A stretch of 46,720 nucleotides of DNA, from the IMG/VR virus record IMGVR_UViG_3300020120_000066, positions 1 through 46,720 of that record; one strand, given 5' to 3'. Within the stretch, counting starts at the first letter, position 1; each line of letters begins with the position of its first letter. Under the pieces are notes generated by a model. It did no database searches, was not told where the DNA came from, and worked only from the letters and a program-made list of their open reading frames with translations. The position numbers and the translations under genes are program-made. The DNA is from a virus. Lineage: Duplodnaviria > Caudoviricetes. Below are positions 44,825 to 46,720 of this stretch, one piece after another.

Positions 44825-45049
44825 CGACCTTGCCGATCCAGAGAGCAGCGGAACGGAACTCGCCATTCGGCGTTTCGCGAGTTGAGGAACATTGGAGTAT
44901 CCGATGCTGCCGATCGACGCCGAAACGGCCCGCATGGTCAGAACAACGTCCAAGCTCACCGCCATGCTGCTCAAAGCATTCCGCGACCGGGACCTGGCTC
45001 GCTCCCGCAAGCCGCTTCGCCGAAACCTGCGATTCCGAAGATACCGCCA

Positions 45050-45424
45050 TTAGGCACCGCCCAAACTCGGCAACATCGGGATGCCGGGCCGCGGCGGCTC
45101 GATCAGCCGCGCACGCGCCGGAACACCGCGCAACTGCATCCGCGCGCAATGAACGCGGATCCGCTCCTCATCGCGCTTCGTAAATGGCTCAATCTCAACC
45201 GCCTTGCGCGAAATCCGGCAGAACAGCCACGCCCCCAGCAACTCCTTGCCCTGCTCCGGGTCGGGTGAATCGGCCGCAAATCCACCCTCCCGAAACACAA
45301 ATAACCGCCGCGACTGAAACGTCCCGCGCTTGATCTCGTCCGCCCACGCCGCAAACTCACGATCGTAGCGTTCGAGAAAATAGTCCGGGATGCGACGAAA
45401 CTTGACGCGGCCGACCGTAATCAT
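45050..45424 (-). CDS. hypothetical protein
   Basis: MITVGR...; ATGA overlap with the upstream gene. Confidence 0.6.
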   Translation of the reverse strand: MITVGRVKFRRIPDYFLERYDREFAAWADEIKRGTFQSRRLFVFREGGFAADSPDPEQGKELLGAWLFCRISRKAVEIEPFTKRDEERIRVHCARMQLRGVPARARLIEPPRPGIPMLPSLGGA

Positions 45425-45726
45425 TTGTGCAACGCGCGCAGCCGCCCAACAAGCTTCGAGCGAATTGCTACATCGGCCGGCTGCGGACTGCTGTCGGTGC
45501 GGTCCAGAACCTCGTGCACATGCGCCATCCACTCCTCAAGCACCGCAGGTAGGCTGTCCGGCTTCTTGGCCTTCTCAGCCCCCTCATCCGAGGGAACGCG
45601 CTTCACTTCATCCGCTGTAGGGAGGTCGTCACGCTTGGCCGCCGACTGGGCAGCATGCGCGATCGGATGCTCGTCCTTCGCGGCCACCTTCTCCTTGTGG
45701 ACATCAGCTTTCGTCATCGCTTCCAC
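45421..45726 (-). CDS. hypothetical protein
   Basis: ORF track; RBS-like GGAG. Confidence 0.6.
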   Translation of the reverse strand: MEAMTKADVHKEKVAAKDEHPIAHAAQSAAKRDDLPTADEVKRVPSDEGAEKAKKPDSLPAVLEEWMAHVHEVLDRTDSSPQPADVAIRSKLVGRLRALHK

Positions 45727-45744
45727 TCCGTAGGCCCCTCAGCC

Positions 45745-45945
45745 CTATAACGCCGCTCGCGGTCGGATCACCGTCTGACCAGGCGACGCAAATACCGTCT
45801 CAACCCCGCAGGCCTTCAAAATCGCCTCGGCCATCTTCACAGCAACCGCCGGCTCCACAAGCACATAAGGCGGCTGCATGATCGCAATCCGCCCGTCCAA
45901 CTCCCGCTTCACCCGGAACGTCCCCTGCGTCGACAAATACACCAT
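45745..45945 (-). CDS. hypothetical protein
   Basis: ORF track; likely start MVYLST. Confidence 0.55.
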   Translation of the reverse strand: MVYLSTQGTFRVKRELDGRIAIMQPPYVLVEPAVAVKMAEAILKACGVETVFASPGQTVIRPRAAL

Positions 45946-45952
45946 TGCTCGC

Positions 45953-46168
45953 TCAGCTTCGAGGTGTCCCATCTGGAAGTCTTGTTAGAGCAACATTAAC
46001 CCACATGGCGTTAGCTCGATGAGCACGGATGATAAATGTCTTGTCTGGTCCCTCGGGCAGGACTTTCTCGATCACGTCGCAATAAACCTTTGCTGCGAGG
46101 CGCGCTTCCGTCATTTTCTCAATTTGCTCGTCGGTCGGTTTCAGATATTCAAAAGTTGAGGCATGCAT
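45953..46168 (-). CDS. Acb2/Tad1-like helical-hairpin protein (putative cyclic-nucleotide sponge)
   Basis: FEYLKPTDEQIEKM...R.AAK....I...LPEGPDK...AMWVNVALTR. Confidence 0.65.
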   Translation of the reverse strand: MHASTFEYLKPTDEQIEKMTEARLAAKVYCDVIEKVLPEGPDKTFIIRAHRANAMWVNVALTRLPDGTPRS

Positions 46169-46184
46169 TTTAGTGTCCTGCCAT

Positions 46185-46427
46185 CTAAGTCTTCGTCTCC
46201 GTGCCATCCTTTAGAAAACAGCCAGCCATCCGGCCCACACCCTCCACTTCGCGACCGTCCGGCAGCTTCTTGTGCGTCATGTCGTACGGCAGCTTGGCGT
46301 GCAGGAAAAGCGCCGCATCCTCCCAGCACTCCGCAAGCACAGGCATGGACAGCCGATACTGATTATCCGGCACCTGTCCCGGCATGATCACCGTCATAAT
46401 CAGCGTAATCGCAGCCAGCTCGTGCAC
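46185..46427 (-). CDS. small exported hypothetical protein
   Basis: Hydrophobic N-terminus and two Cys. Confidence 0.5.
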   Translation of the reverse strand: MHELAAITLIMTVIMPGQVPDNQYRLSMPVLAECWEDAALFLHAKLPYDMTHKKLPDGREVEGVGRMAGCFLKDGTETKT

Positions 46428-46439
46428 TCGCCCACACTC

Positions 46440-46655
46440 CTACGCCGAAGCCGACGGCGTATACGTCGCCGTCAATAGCCCCTCGTTGTTGCGGTCAGTA
46501 ATCGTAAAACTCGTCGTCGCCTGCGGCGCGTTCTCAAACGCTATCTGAAACCGGTCCAGCAGGTCGATCAGCATGTTCTTCTCAGCCCGCCGCGTCTCCC
46601 CGTGCTTCGTTAGCGTCGCAGGCGTCGCAATCGTCACCGATAACCGCGTCGACAT
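46440..46655 (-). CDS. hypothetical protein
   Basis: AGGAGG RBS upstream. Confidence 0.6.
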   Translation of the reverse strand: MSTRLSVTIATPATLTKHGETRRAEKNMLIDLLDRFQIAFENAPQATTSFTITDRNNEGLLTATYTPSASA

Positions 46656-46720
46656 CGCTCAATCCTCCTATTGTGTCCAACCGGACGCCGGTCACGGTCC
46701 TGGCCGTTACGGGCATCCAA
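46594..46720. repeat. 127-bp end overlap, identical to 1-127
   Basis: Exact match. Confidence 0.95.

Noticed and set aside
15565-46478. Many plus-strand ORFs opposite the late genes (for example 40368-41276 and 23571-24383)
   Set aside because: These are antisense shadows typical of high-GC coding DNA, with no motifs or RBS support.
1-46720. tRNA/rRNA genes and DNA or RNA polymerase
   Set aside because: None were recognised by eye; tRNAscan-SE and HMM searches would be needed to exclude them formally.

Overview
This window looks like the complete, circularly assembled genome (about 46,593 bp plus a 127-bp end overlap) of a temperate, short-tailed (podovirus-type) phage. GcrA and a DUF3309-like gene suggest an alphaproteobacterial, probably Rhizobiales, host. 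The minus strand 390-6602 holds a putative terminase small subunit, a replication initiator with an internal iteron origin, GcrA, an MT-A70 methyltransferase, RusA and Cro. The plus strand 6691-14994 holds CI, a membrane protein, RecE-like exonuclease, MazG, a Sak4-like ATPase, excisionase and integrase. The minus strand 15298-46655 holds lysis genes, internal virion proteins, tail tube/nozzle, a cluster of signal-peptide proteins, BPP-1/T7-like head genes, terminase large subunit and small accessory genes (HiPIP-like, Acb2/Tad1-like). The standout is 10578-13147: a solitary RAMP/Cas7-like gene followed 2 nt after its stop by a 1.24-kb noncoding array and then an accessory gene. The array has about 229 pentamers, each a constant triplet (mostly GCA) plus a variable dinucleotide. 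GGCAGGA delimiters split it into about 22 units whose lengths are always 4+5n. This is the layout expected of a phage-encoded, non-CRISPR, RNA-guided system with a gapped dinucleotide code (VIPR-like, but with GCA instead of GGY). All protein calls come from motif recognition by eye; no searches were run.
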